DNA from: Thermodesulfobacteriota bacterium
Lineage (GTDB): Bacteria > Desulfobacterota > Desulfobulbia > Desulfobulbales > SURF-16
Length of the DNA stretch: 64,000 nt
Assembly (NCBI GenBank): GCA_039715015.1
Contig: JBDLIE010000008.1
Coordinates: 1-64,000, forward strand
Direction: 5' to 3'
Notes under the pieces: generated by a model
The model's input: only the letters and a program-made list of their open reading frames with translations
Told to the model about the DNA's origin: nothing
Databases searched by the model: none
In this document: piece after piece, positions 9,878 to 19,741 of the stretch
Numbering within the stretch: the stretch's first letter is position 1
How the letters are laid out: each line of letters begins with the position of its first letter
Translations under genes and position numbers: made by a program

Positions 9878-11080
9878 TTATTTTTTGGTCAGGGCCCGCA
9901 TGGTCATGCGCAGGGCGTTCAAACGGATAAAGCCCTCTGCATCTGACTGGGTGTAGACCTCGTCCTCTTCAAAGGTGGCAAAGCTCTCCTGGTAGAGTGA
10001 GTTGTCTGACTTGCGGCCCACCGGGATGCAGTTGCCCTTGTAAAGCTTGAGGCGGACCGTACCGTTGACTGTTCTCTGGGCCTCATCCATGGTCTTTTGC
10101 ATGAGCTCCATTTCCGGCGAGAACCAGAAACCGTTATAGATAAGCTCGGAGTAGCGGGGCACCAGGGAGTCGCGGATTTTCATGACCTCACGGTCCAGGG
10201 TGATGGTTTCCAGGTCGCGATGGGCGGCGCGGAGGATGGTGCCGCCCGGGGTCTCGTAAACGCCGCGGGATTTCATGCCGACAAAACGATTTTCCACCAT
10301 GTCCAGGCGACCAATACCGTTTTCACCGCCTAAGCGGTTGAGCATGGAAAAAAGCTCCACAGCGCCTAGGCGCTCGCCATTAATGGCCACCGGCGTACCC
10401 TGCTCAAAATCCATCTCAATATAGGTCGGAGTTTCCGGAGCCTTTTCCGGCGACACGGAGAGCTTGAACATCGACTCTTCCGGCTCATTCCAGGGGTCCT
10501 CCAGGAGACCGCCCTCAAAGCTTATGTGAAGGATATTCTCGTCCGAGCTATAGGGGTTCTTCTTGGTGGTGGGCACCGGGATGCCATGCTCCTTGGCATA
10601 GGCCGTAAGCTTGGTGCGGGAATTGAGGTCCCAGAAGCGCCAGGGCGCGATGATCTGCAGTTTTGGATCAAGGCCCAGGTAGCCCAGCTCAAAACGAACC
10701 TGATCGTTGCCCTTGCCGGTGGCGCCATGGCTGACGGCATCGGCGCCTTCTTCCTGGGCAATGCGAACCTGCTCCTTGGCAATAATGGGCCGGGCCAGGG
10801 AGGTGCCGAGCAGGTAGGAGCCTTCGTAAATGGCATTGGCCCGAAAGGCCGGGAAGATGTAATCGGTGACAAACTCCTCGCGCAGATCGGAGATGATCAC
10901 CTTTTCAGCACCGGTGGCCATGCCTTTTTCGCGGACAGCGTCCCAGTCTTCCTGTTGGCCGACATCTGCGGCGTAAGCGATTACCGGGCATTGATACTCC
11001 TCTTTGAGCCACTTGAGGATCACTGAGGTGTCTAAGCCGCCGGAGTAGGCCAGAACGATTTTGTTAACTTGTGGAGCCAT
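9878..11080 (-). CDS. argG: Argininosuccinate synthase
   Basis: [32 protein letters not shown]. Confidence 0.98.
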   Translation of the reverse strand: MAPQVNKIVLAYSGGLDTSVILKWLKEEYQCPVIAYAADVGQQEDWDAVREKGMATGAEKVIISDLREEFVTDYIFPAFRANAIYEGSYLLGTSLARPIIAKEQVRIAQEEGADAVSHGATGKGNDQVRFELGYLGLDPKLQIIAPWRFWDLNSRTKLTAYAKEHGIPVPTTKKNPYSSDENILHISFEGGLLEDPWNEPEESMFKLSVSPEKAPETPTYIEMDFEQGTPVAINGERLGAVELFSMLNRLGGENGIGRLDMVENRFVGMKSRGVYETPGGTILRAAHRDLETITLDREVMKIRDSLVPRYSELIYNGFWFSPEMELMQKTMDEAQRTVNGTVRLKLYKGNCIPVGRKSDNSLYQESFATFEEDEVYTQSDAEGFIRLNALRMTMRALTKK

Positions 11081-11109
11081 AATTTAATTCCTATATATTA
11101 ATGAAGGGG

Positions 11110-12030
11110 TTAGCCCTCCAGCAGGTGTTTTTCTAAAATAGACTTATGGATATGCATTTTGTTTTCCGCCTGATCCCAGGCCACGCATTGTGGTCCCTCA
11201 AGGACATCGTCGGTGATTTCTTCGTCGCGGTGGGCCGGTAGGCAGTGAAGAACAGTGAGATCCTTTTTGCCTGCGCTCAGGAGGTCGTTGTTGACCTGAT
11301 AGGGCTGGAAAATGCCCAGCCGTTCTTGCTGCTCATCCTCCTGGCCCATGGAGGCCCAGACATCGCAATTAATCACATCGGCATCTCGTACTGCCTCTTT
11401 GGGGTCGCGGATAACAGAAATCGGTTTGGCCGCCTCTTTCTGCGCCGCAGCAAGAATGTCAGCGTTGGGCTCATAGCCTTCCGGGCAGGCCAGGGTCAGT
11501 TCGAATCCGAGACGGCTGGCAGCCTGGGTCCAGGTGTTGGCCATATTGTTGCCGTCACCCACCCAAGCGATTTTTAGATCCTCCAGGGGCTGGTCTTTGA
11601 CCTCAAGAACCGTCATGATATCGCTTAAGATCTGGCAGGGATGAAAGAGATCGGTGAGGGCGTTAATGACTGGTACGGTGGCATAGGCCGCCAGTTCATC
11701 AACAATGGGTTGGCCAAAGGTGCGAACCACGAGGCCATCCACGTAGCGGGACATGACCCTGGACATATCTTTTAAAGGCTCATTGCGGGCAAGTTGGGTG
11801 TCTCTGCTGGAGAGATAGATCACTTGCCCTCCCATGGCGTACATGGCTGACTCAAAGGAAACCCTGGTGCGGGTGGAAGGTTTTTCAAAAATCAGGCCTA
11901 TGGTCTTGCCCATCAACTGTTGATGGCGGATGCCTTCTTGTACTTCCTGCTTTAAAACAAGAGCACGGTCAATATAATGCCGTAGCTCTTCTTTGTTAGA
12001 ACCCCAGAGGGAAATAAGATGTCTAGTCAT
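11110..12030 (-). CDS. argF: Ornithine carbamoyltransferase
   Basis: FEKPSTRTR, HPCQ, SMG, HCLPAHR. Confidence 0.97.
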   Translation of the reverse strand: MTRHLISLWGSNKEELRHYIDRALVLKQEVQEGIRHQQLMGKTIGLIFEKPSTRTRVSFESAMYAMGGQVIYLSSRDTQLARNEPLKDMSRVMSRYVDGLVVRTFGQPIVDELAAYATVPVINALTDLFHPCQILSDIMTVLEVKDQPLEDLKIAWVGDGNNMANTWTQAASRLGFELTLACPEGYEPNADILAAAQKEAAKPISVIRDPKEAVRDADVINCDVWASMGQEDEQQERLGIFQPYQVNNDLLSAGKKDLTVLHCLPAHRDEEITDDVLEGPQCVAWDQAENKMHIHKSILEKHLLEG

Positions 12031-12282
12031 TGTTTCATAGGGAAGAGATAAGGGCGCCTTGCAAATGGCCTTCTGCTGTTTTTGTACTCAGGCAGCGGCC
12101 TCACGTTCAAAATGCCCATAAAGGTAACGCCGGTCTCTCTCAGCATCTGAAAAACCTGGCTCTGCACCAAATAGGCATCAATACATAAAATCCCTTTATT
12201 TTGAAAGTTCTTTTTGGCCGCCTTGGAAAAAAACAGATTGATAACAACTTATGCACCATTGCCCTGGTCAGCAGACATAAAA

Positions 12283-12309
12283 AAAGGCACTGGGACTGCC
12301 AGTGCCTTT
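12283..12309 (-). terminator. Intrinsic terminator after argD
   Basis: AAAGGCACTGG-loop-CCAGTGCCTTT with a T-run on the minus strand. Confidence 0.65.
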
Positions 12310-12331
12310 GAAGAATTTTTTGGCATGGGAA

Positions 12332-13519
12332 TCAGATGTTTGATATGACCTCTTCCACCACTGAGGCCATGGCGTCAATTTCTTCAATGGTCACGATGAG
12401 GGGCGGGGTGCAGCGCAGCACCTTGCCTCCGGCTAAAGTAATCAAAACTCCAGCTTTAAAGAGGGTTTCAACAATCTCTCCGGCCTTGTCGGCGATACTG
12501 TCGTCAAGGACAAGGCCTTGGATCAGACCGCGACCGCGAACACCCCGGCAGATCCGGTTATACTGGTCGGCAATGGATTTAAGGTTTTTGTAGAGATGTT
12601 CGCCCCGCTCTTGGACGCTCTCCAGGAAGCCGCCGCCCGTCATGGTTTTAAGCACGGCCACTGCTGCGGCACAGGCAACAGGATTGCCGCCAAAGGTTGA
12701 GGCATGGTCACCAGGCCCAAAAGAAGAGGCCACTTTATTGGTGGTGAGCATGGCGCCAATGGGCATGCCGTTACCCAGGGCCTTGGCACAGGTCAGGATG
12801 TCAGGCCGGATGTCATACTGTTCATGGGCAAAAAGGGTGCCGGTGCGGCTCATGCCCACCTGGATTTCATCAAGGATGAGAAGGATGGAATGCTTATCGC
12901 ACAGGGTGCGGATGCCCTGAAGATACTCCTTGTCCAGGGGCCGGACACCTCCCTCGCCCTGCAGGGGTTCGACGAGGATGGCGCAGGTTTTATTGGTAAT
13001 GAGTTTTTCCAAGGCCTCCAGGTCGCCGAAAGGGGCGTGGTAAAAACCCACGGGCAGGGGCTCATAGCCGATGTGAAATTTGCGCTGGCCTGTGGCTGCC
13101 ACCGTGGCCAGGGTCCGGCCATGGAAGGAACCCTCCAGGGAGATGATCTCAAAGCAGCCGGTGCCACCATGTTTTCTGGCCAGCTTAATGGCGGCCTCGT
13201 TTGCCTCCGCCCCACTGTTGGCAAGAAAGATTTTGTCAGCAAAGGAGTGGTCCACCAGCAGGCCGGCCAGCTCAATCTGAGGCAGAGTATGAAAGAGGTT
13301 GGAGGTGTGGACGAGCTTAGCGGCCTGATGGCTGATGGCATCTGTAACCACGGGGTGACAGTGGCCCAGACTGCAGGTGGCAATGCCGGAGACAAAATCG
13401 AGATACTCGTTGCCCTTGGCGTCTTTGAGCTTACAGCCGGAGCCCTCCACCATAACGGCTGGATGACGGGTATAGGTGTTGATGAAAAGCTCGTTACTGA
13501 TATCTATCAAATTTTTCAT
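12332..13519 (-). CDS. argD: Acetylornithine aminotransferase
   Basis: [26 protein letters not shown] (PLP Lys), STFGGNP; arg cluster context. Confidence 0.93.
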   Translation of the reverse strand: MKNLIDISNELFINTYTRHPAVMVEGSGCKLKDAKGNEYLDFVSGIATCSLGHCHPVVTDAISHQAAKLVHTSNLFHTLPQIELAGLLVDHSFADKIFLANSGAEANEAAIKLARKHGGTGCFEIISLEGSFHGRTLATVAATGQRKFHIGYEPLPVGFYHAPFGDLEALEKLITNKTCAILVEPLQGEGGVRPLDKEYLQGIRTLCDKHSILLILDEIQVGMSRTGTLFAHEQYDIRPDILTCAKALGNGMPIGAMLTTNKVASSFGPGDHASTFGGNPVACAAAVAVLKTMTGGGFLESVQERGEHLYKNLKSIADQYNRICRGVRGRGLIQGLVLDDSIADKAGEIVETLFKAGVLITLAGGKVLRCTPPLIVTIEEIDAMASVVEEVISNI

Positions 13520-14397
13520 GGGATAATCTCCGTTCCAACTCCGTCCCGGGTGAAGATTTCAAGGAGCAGGGCATGGGGTACCCGGCCATCAATAATATGG
13601 GCCTTGCCCACCCCGCCTTCTATGACGTCCTGGCAGCAGCGAATTTTCGGAATCATGCCGCCGGCAGCAACGCCTGATGAAATAAGGTTGTTCGCCTCCT
13701 CCATATCCATGGAGGAAATAATTTCTTTGGCCTCGTTGAGGACCCCGGCCACATCAGTGAGCAGGATCAGTTTTTCGGCCTTTAGTTCGGAGGCAATGGC
13801 GCCAGCCACCAGGTCAGCATTAATATTAAAGGACTGGCCTTCATCACCAACACCCACGGGCGCGATCACCGGGATAAAATCCTTGCTGTCCAGGGTGAGG
13901 AGAACCTCGGGGTTAACATGGGTGACTTCCCCCACCCGGCCCAGGTCAATGAGTTCTGGCGGCGCGTTTTCGGCCAGGGATTTCATGATCTTCATCTTGC
14001 GGGCCTGGATCAGGTCGCCGTCACGGCCGGAAAGGCCGATGGCCCGGCCGCCATGGTAGTTGATAAGGCCGACAATTTCCTTGTTGACCTTGCCCACCAG
14101 CACCATCTCAACCACATCCATGGTCTCGCCGTCAGTGACGCGCATGCCATCAATATAGTTGGACTTGATATTCATCTTCTCAAGGAATTTGTTAATCTGG
14201 GGGCCGCCGCCATGAACGATCACCGGATTGATACCGATGTACTTCATGAGGATAATGTCCAAGGCGAAATTCTTTTTTAGCTCCTCGTCCACCATGGCGT
14301 GGCCGCCATATTTGATGACCACGGTTTTTCCATAAAATTCTTTTATATAAGGCAGGGACTCAATAAGAATCCGCGCTGTTACGTTTCCGTCTGGCAT
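13516..14397 (-). CDS. argB: Acetylglutamate kinase
   Basis: [25 protein letters not shown]. Confidence 0.97.
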   Translation of the reverse strand: MPDGNVTARILIESLPYIKEFYGKTVVIKYGGHAMVDEELKKNFALDIILMKYIGINPVIVHGGGPQINKFLEKMNIKSNYIDGMRVTDGETMDVVEMVLVGKVNKEIVGLINYHGGRAIGLSGRDGDLIQARKMKIMKSLAENAPPELIDLGRVGEVTHVNPEVLLTLDSKDFIPVIAPVGVGDEGQSFNINADLVAGAIASELKAEKLILLTDVAGVLNEAKEIISSMDMEEANNLISSGVAAGGMIPKIRCCQDVIEGGVGKAHIIDGRVPHALLLEIFTRDGVGTEIIP

Positions 14398-14721
14398 AAT
14401 CTGTTAATCCTAAGTAATTATAAGAGGTTGCGAGTGGCAGGTTGTTTTTTTTGTGCTGGGAAAGATGGACAAGTATTTTCAAGGTTGCAATCTCTAACGA
14501 TACCATAAAGTGACAAAACTGGTCACTAAAAGACAGTGAAGAGTTTCTTGTCTGCCAAGGGGAGGGGCCGCGCAAAGGTGTCTTTTAGGGTAACTAATTG
14601 GTTTTAAAGGATAAATTTTACTAAGGGCAGACTTTTTTTGAGATCGGCACTTTTGTCTTGCAATTTTACTGCCAGCTCTTACTCTAAATGTATAACCTTT
14701 CTTTTTTGCCTGGTGAAAACG

Positions 14722-15354
14722 ATGATTGTGCGCCTGAGTTCATATATTTTTTCTTTCTGTCTGACCGTGGCCCTCCTGGCCGGCAGCTGTCAGCAGGTTC
14801 AGGCTGCGCCCAAGTTCAGCCAGAAGGTCCCTATTCATATAGAAGCCAATAAGATGACCTCGCTGGAAAAGAAGCGAGCAGTTGTTTTTTCCGGCGATGT
14901 CAAGGCCAAGCAGGGAGAGTTGCTGATCAACTCGGACGAGATGACGGTATATCACGCTGAGCAGGGAGAAGAGAAGGGGAGTACCCCGGGCCAACCCCAG
15001 ATTAAAAAAATGCACGCCAAGGGCCATGTGGAGATTGTCCAGGACGACTTTGTTGCCACTGGCGATGAGGCAGAATATTTTTCTAATACCGGTAAGGTTA
15101 TTGTCACCGGCAACGCCAAGATTATCCAGAACAATAACATGATAACAGGCCACAAGGTGGAAATGGATCTGAGCGAAGGCTCCACGGTCATCATTCCGGA
15201 CGAGAAGAAAAAGGGCCGAGTTAAAGGTTATTTTTATCCGGCAAACACCGATAAGAAGAATGAACCTGAAGGTGCCGTGACTATTGGTACCACTCAGGAA
15301 GCTCCGGCAGAACAACAAAAACAGGATGCAGGCCATGGCGATACTGGAAACTAA
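14722..15354 (+). CDS. lptA: LPS transport periplasmic protein (LptA/OstA family)
   Basis: Signal peptide; PIHIEA, FSGDV, AxGxV, TGNA repeats; directly upstream of lptB; start uncertain. Confidence 0.85.
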   Translation: MIVRLSSYIFSFCLTVALLAGSCQQVQAAPKFSQKVPIHIEANKMTSLEKKRAVVFSGDVKAKQGELLINSDEMTVYHAEQGEEKGSTPGQPQIKKMHAKGHVEIVQDDFVATGDEAEYFSNTGKVIVTGNAKIIQNNNMITGHKVEMDLSEGSTVIIPDEKKKGRVKGYFYPANTDKKNEPEGAVTIGTTQEAPAEQQKQDAGHGDTGN

Positions 15355-16057
15355 AGATATCGTCAAAGAGTATAGCAAGCGCCGGGTGGTTGACGGCGTT
15401 AACCTGCGGGTGGAGACCGGCTCGATTATCGGCATGCTCGGCCCCAATGGGGCGGGCAAGACCACCTCTTTTTACACCATTGCCGGTTTTGTCCGGCCCA
15501 CCTCGGGGACGGTGCTCCTCAACGGTCAGGAAATCACCTCCCTTCCCATCCATAAGCGCGCCCTGCTTGGTATTTCCTATCTGGCCCAGGACCCGTCGGT
15601 CTTTAAGAAACTCACGGTGGAAGAAAATGTCCGTATCGTGCTGGAGCCCCTGGGGGTGCCCCGCAAGGAGATCCGCCAGCGTACCGAAGAACTGATGGCC
15701 GATCTGAAGATCGAGTATCTGGCCAAGAACATGGGCCATGCCCTGTCCGGCGGTGAACGGCGGCGGGTGGAGATTATGCGCTCCCTGGCCACCAGGCCGC
15801 AATTCATCCTCCTTGATGAGCCGTTTGCCGGGATTGATCCCCTTTCTGTGGCCGATCTGCAGGAAATAATAAAGAAGCTAAAGGAAAAGGGATTAGGTAT
15901 ACTGATATCAGACCACAACGTCCGGGAAACCCTGTCTGTCTGTGATTTTGCGTACATTGTCAGCAGCGGCCGGATTTTGACAAGCGGTACGCCTGAAGAA
16001 ATTATTAATGATGATGCGGCCCGGGAAATGTACCTGGGCCAAGATTTTTCCATGTAG
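15335..16057 (+). CDS. lptB: LPS export ABC transporter ATP-binding protein
   Basis: GPNGAGKTT, LSGGERRRVEI, LLDEPFAGIDP, DHNVRETL, YLG. Confidence 0.96.
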   Translation: MAILETKDIVKEYSKRRVVDGVNLRVETGSIIGMLGPNGAGKTTSFYTIAGFVRPTSGTVLLNGQEITSLPIHKRALLGISYLAQDPSVFKKLTVEENVRIVLEPLGVPRKEIRQRTEELMADLKIEYLAKNMGHALSGGERRRVEIMRSLATRPQFILLDEPFAGIDPLSVADLQEIIKKLKEKGLGILISDHNVRETLSVCDFAYIVSSGRILTSGTPEEIINDDAAREMYLGQDFSM

Positions 16058-16065
16058 GCAGGATA

Positions 16066-17529
16066 ATGGCACTGGAACTAAGACAATCTCTCAAACTCTC
16101 GCAACAGCTGGTGATGACTCCCCAGTTGCAGCAGGCTATTAAGCTCCTGCAGTTGTCGCGTCTTGAGCTTGTTGATACTGTCCAGCAGGAGATTGAGGAA
16201 AATCCGGTTCTTGAGGATGATTTCTCCACTCTTAATGGCGAAGCAACCACCCCGGTGGCCGAGCCAGCTCCAGACCAGGCTGCGCTGCCTGCCGCCGAGC
16301 AAACCAGTGAGGTCAATCTAGAAAACCCCTCTAATATCAATGATATAGACTGGTCAAATTACGCCAATGAGTATGAGCCCATTTCTTCCTACCGGCCCCG
16401 TGGTGATAGTGAGGAGATGCCGTCCCGTCTCGACATCTTGAGTGAAAAACCCAATTTGCAGTCTCACCTGCGTTGGCAGCTCTCACTCACCGATCTCAGC
16501 GATGAAGAAAAAGAAATCGGAGAAAACATCCTCGGTAATCTTAATAGGGAAGGTTTTCTTGAAGCGGATGTGACCGAGGTTGCCACCCAATGCGGTAACG
16601 ACATTGATGACATCCAGTATGTTCTTGAGGTCATCCAAGAAATGGATCCGGCTGGTGTCGGGGCCCGTAATGTTCAGGAGTCTTTGCTCCTGCAGCTTGA
16701 ACGGCTTGAGTTGAAAGACGATCTGCCCGCTGAGATTGTCACCGAGCATCTCAATTTTCTTGAGACCAAGAATTATATTGCCATTGCCCGCGCCACCCAT
16801 CGTTCCGTTGATGACGTGGCGGCAGCGGTTTCCATTATTATTGGCCTTGATCCCCATCCCGGCTGGGCCTATTCAGATGAAGAGCCCCATTATATAACCC
16901 CGGATGTCACGGTGCAGAAGGTTGATGGCGAATATGTCATTCTTTTAAACGACGATGGCCTGCCCAAGCTTAAAATCAGTGCCTATTATCGCGAAGTTTT
17001 GAGAAAACAGTCTGATGCCCCAGCCGAGACCAAGGAGTATATTCAGGACAAGATGCGGTCTGCCGCCTGGCTGATTAAGAGTATTCAACAGCGGCAAAGG
17101 ACGATCTACCGGGTCATGGAGTCGATTCTCAAGTTCCAGTATGATTTTTTTGAATACGGTGTGTCCCGCTTAAGGCCTTTGGTCCTGCGTGACGTTGCCG
17201 AAGATATCAGTATGCACGAGTCAACGATCAGCCGGGTAACCAGTAATAAATATGTCCATACCCCTCAGGGTACCTTTGAGTTGAAATATTTCTTTACCTC
17301 AGCCATTGCCCGCAAAGGAGGAGGCGACGCCCTCTCCTCAGAGTCCATCCGCCAGCGTATTCGCCAGATCGTCCAGGGAGAAAATCCGGACAAGCCCTTT
17401 TCAGATAAGGCCATTGCCGAGATTTTTGCCAAGGAGAATATCAAGCTGGCCCGCCGCACTGTTGCCAAATACCGTGAGCAGCTCGGTATCCTTTCTTCCA
17501 AGTTCAGAAAAAAACCAAAACTGAAATAG
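16066..17529 (+). CDS. rpoN: RNA polymerase sigma-54 factor
   Basis: LVMTPQLQQAIKLLQ region I, HESTISR, RpoN box ARRTVAKYRE. Confidence 0.98.
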   Translation: MALELRQSLKLSQQLVMTPQLQQAIKLLQLSRLELVDTVQQEIEENPVLEDDFSTLNGEATTPVAEPAPDQAALPAAEQTSEVNLENPSNINDIDWSNYANEYEPISSYRPRGDSEEMPSRLDILSEKPNLQSHLRWQLSLTDLSDEEKEIGENILGNLNREGFLEADVTEVATQCGNDIDDIQYVLEVIQEMDPAGVGARNVQESLLLQLERLELKDDLPAEIVTEHLNFLETKNYIAIARATHRSVDDVAAAVSIIIGLDPHPGWAYSDEEPHYITPDVTVQKVDGEYVILLNDDGLPKLKISAYYREVLRKQSDAPAETKEYIQDKMRSAAWLIKSIQQRQRTIYRVMESILKFQYDFFEYGVSRLRPLVLRDVAEDISMHESTISRVTSNKYVHTPQGTFELKYFFTSAIARKGGGDALSSESIRQRIRQIVQGENPDKPFSDKAIAEIFAKENIKLARRTVAKYREQLGILSSKFRKKPKLK

Positions 17530-17538
17530 GCGAGAGCT

Positions 17539-17979
17539 GTGGGCATCTTGATCCAACCATCACATATAATCACAGCCCTCTCTGCCACCTCGAAGAATGA
17601 AGTTCTTGCCGAGATGGCGGGATTGTTGGTTGATTTTGATCATGACGCTTTATTGGCCGCTCTCCTTGACCGTGAGGCTGTGGGGGCAACGGCCATTGAT
17701 CCCGGCCTTGCCGTGCCCCATGCCAAGCTCTCAGGGGCTAAAGAGATGCAGGTCTGTTTTGCCCGCAGCAGGACAGGTCTCCAGTGGGGGGCGCCGGACC
17801 ATCAGCTCGTTCATCTCATCTTCCTGCTGGTGGCACCCATGGACTCTTCGGACCAGTATCTGCAGACCCTGGCAACTCTGTGTCGTTTTTTGCGAGACAG
17901 TAACAACCGCAACCTGCTTCTCAGCTCCTCCGACAAAGAGGTTGCCTCAATTTTTGCTGCTGCCAAGGAACTGCAATGA
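17539..17979 (+). CDS. ptsN: PTS EIIA-Ntr-like protein
   Basis: RE..GATAI..GLAVPHAK (phospho-His); in the rpoN operon. Confidence 0.8.
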   Translation: MGILIQPSHIITALSATSKNEVLAEMAGLLVDFDHDALLAALLDREAVGATAIDPGLAVPHAKLSGAKEMQVCFARSRTGLQWGAPDHQLVHLIFLLVAPMDSSDQYLQTLATLCRFLRDSNNRNLLLSSSDKEVASIFAAAKELQ

Positions 17980-18845
17980 GTTCTGCATCCTCACCGCAAA
18001 CCGTTTTGCTCACCGGCCTTTCCGGGGCTGGCAAAACCACCGCCCTTAATGCCTTTGAGGACATGGGCTATTACTGTGTCGATAACCTGCCCTGTTTTTT
18101 GTTGGAAGAGTTGGTGGCCAACAGAGAGGGGGCCAGCCATCTTGAACGTCTGGCCTTGGTTATGGACAGCCGCGACCCCCATTTTTTTGAACGGTTGCCG
18201 GGGATTATGACAGCCCTTGGCTCGGAGAAGAATTTCAGCGTCTATTTTTTCAAGGCTGATGACGAGACTTTGATTAGGCGGTTTAGCCAAATGCGTCGGG
18301 TTCACCCCCTGGCCGGTGATAGGAGTCTGCCTGAAGCCATTAGTGATGAGCGCCAAAGTTTTCAGGATTTACTGGTAACAAAGGTCCGGAAAATTGACAC
18401 CAGCCTCCTCTCCCCCCATCAGCTCCGCGGCATCCTCCGTAAGGCATGCGGTGCAGACTTGGCCAAGGAGCCATTGCCGGTGACTGTTAACTCCTTTGGC
18501 TTTAAGCATGGCCTGCCGCCCGAGGCAGACCTGGTTTTGGATGTCCGTTTCCTCCCCAATCCCTATTTTCAGCCCTTTTTGAAGGAAAAAACAGGAAAAG
18601 ACGCCGATGTTGCTGATTTTGTTTTGAATAATGAAATTGGCAGACAGTTCCTGCAAAACCTGGAGCCTCTGCTCGCCTTTCTTGTCCCTCAGTACAAGGA
18701 GGCCGGCAAGATATCCCTGACCATTGCCATTGGCTGTACCGGGGGCAAGCATCGTTCAGTGGCCGTGAGCCAGCAGGTGGTAAAAATGCTCGCCGGTCTG
18801 GCCCTTGATCTGCGTCTCAGGCACCGCGATATTGGCAAAGAGTAA
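17976..18845 (+). CDS. rapZ: RNase adapter / P-loop nucleotide-binding protein
   Basis: TGLSGAGKT, YCVDNLP, SFGFKHG, DVRFLPNP, GCTGGKHRSV. Confidence 0.95.
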   Translation: MSSASSPQTVLLTGLSGAGKTTALNAFEDMGYYCVDNLPCFLLEELVANREGASHLERLALVMDSRDPHFFERLPGIMTALGSEKNFSVYFFKADDETLIRRFSQMRRVHPLAGDRSLPEAISDERQSFQDLLVTKVRKIDTSLLSPHQLRGILRKACGADLAKEPLPVTVNSFGFKHGLPPEADLVLDVRFLPNPYFQPFLKEKTGKDADVADFVLNNEIGRQFLQNLEPLLAFLVPQYKEAGKISLTIAIGCTGGKHRSVAVSQQVVKMLAGLALDLRLRHRDIGKE

Positions 18846-18874
18846 AAAACTACTACGCTGGGAGATGCTGCCTC

Positions 18875-18978
18875 AAAAAAAGGCCTCAAACTGCTCACTT
18901 ACTGTAGTAAGCTGCACCCCAAGGGCGCTCGAAGTCTTCGCTTATCTCTTTCAGGGCGCGCTTTTGAGGCCCTTTTTT
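18875..18978. repeat. Palindromic MITE/REP-like intergenic element carrying a nested 44-bp insert (18915-18958)
   Basis: Arms AAAAAAAGGCCTCAAA / TTTGAGGCCCTTTTTT; inner CTTAC-TGTA-GTAAG; the insert matches the reverse complement of 50940-50983. Confidence 0.65.
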
Positions 18979-19040
18979 CCTTGTCTTTCCGTCGCTCGCT
19001 ACGTTTTTGGGCTGCCTGATGTCCGTGAAGTTTTAGTCTA

Positions 19041-19592
19041 TCAAACAAGCCGCACCACCTCGCCATTATCCACCTTGATCGCGCGGAATTTGGCGATGGG
19101 TTGCTTGTTATAGTGGAGGAGCAGGCAGCGGGCCACAATGAGGTGGGTGACCAGCAGGACGTTGCCCTGTTCACGTTCGGCAATCCTTTTCACCTCTGCC
19201 ACGGCCCGCTTCTGGACGGCGGCAAGGTCCTCACAGTTATCCACATGAAATTGTTCAGGGCTTGCAAGCCAGGTGGGATACTGGTCGCCAAACTGTTGGC
19301 GGATCTCATCCTTAGTGTGGCCGTCCCAATGGGGGAGGTCAATGTCAATAAGTCCTGGGGCCTCCAAGACGGATAACCCGTATTTTTCGGCAATAATCGC
19401 TGCTGATTGTTTGGTGCGGAGTAAAGGGCCGGCGTAAATGGCCCCCAGCTCCAGGGCTGTGCATGTGTCGGCCACTGCTAGTAATTGCTGGCGGCCTTCA
19501 GGGCAGATGGGTTCTTCACTGCGGCCGGCAAAACGGTTCTCCAGGTTGGCCTGGGTTTTGCCATGTCTGGTTAGATAGATTTTCTGGGCCAT
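19041..19592 (-). CDS. Histidine phosphatase (phosphoglycerate mutase-like) family protein
   Basis: LTRHGKT motif, R..Q.A, LLVTH. Confidence 0.9.
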   Translation of the reverse strand: MAQKIYLTRHGKTQANLENRFAGRSEEPICPEGRQQLLAVADTCTALELGAIYAGPLLRTKQSAAIIAEKYGLSVLEAPGLIDIDLPHWDGHTKDEIRQQFGDQYPTWLASPEQFHVDNCEDLAAVQKRAVAEVKRIAEREQGNVLLVTHLIVARCLLLHYNKQPIAKFRAIKVDNGEVVRLV

Positions 19593-19741
19593 AACTTCCT
19601 TACAAAACTGCTTGCGGCAGGGAACTTTTTCAGAGTAGAGTGCTCAGGTTTTATAACGTAATAACCTGAGCCACTCTCCTATTTATTTTCTGTCCGCAGG
19701 GGGACAGAGACGATATTTTTCATACCAAGGGGCATTTTATC

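Noticed and set aside
12704..14059. 451-aa plus-strand ORF, and similar long antisense ORFs (6036-6962, 20060-21214, 22744-23592, 33585-34484, 53040-53843)
   Set aside because: These are shadow ORFs opposite well-supported genes in GC-rich DNA and show no recognisable motifs.
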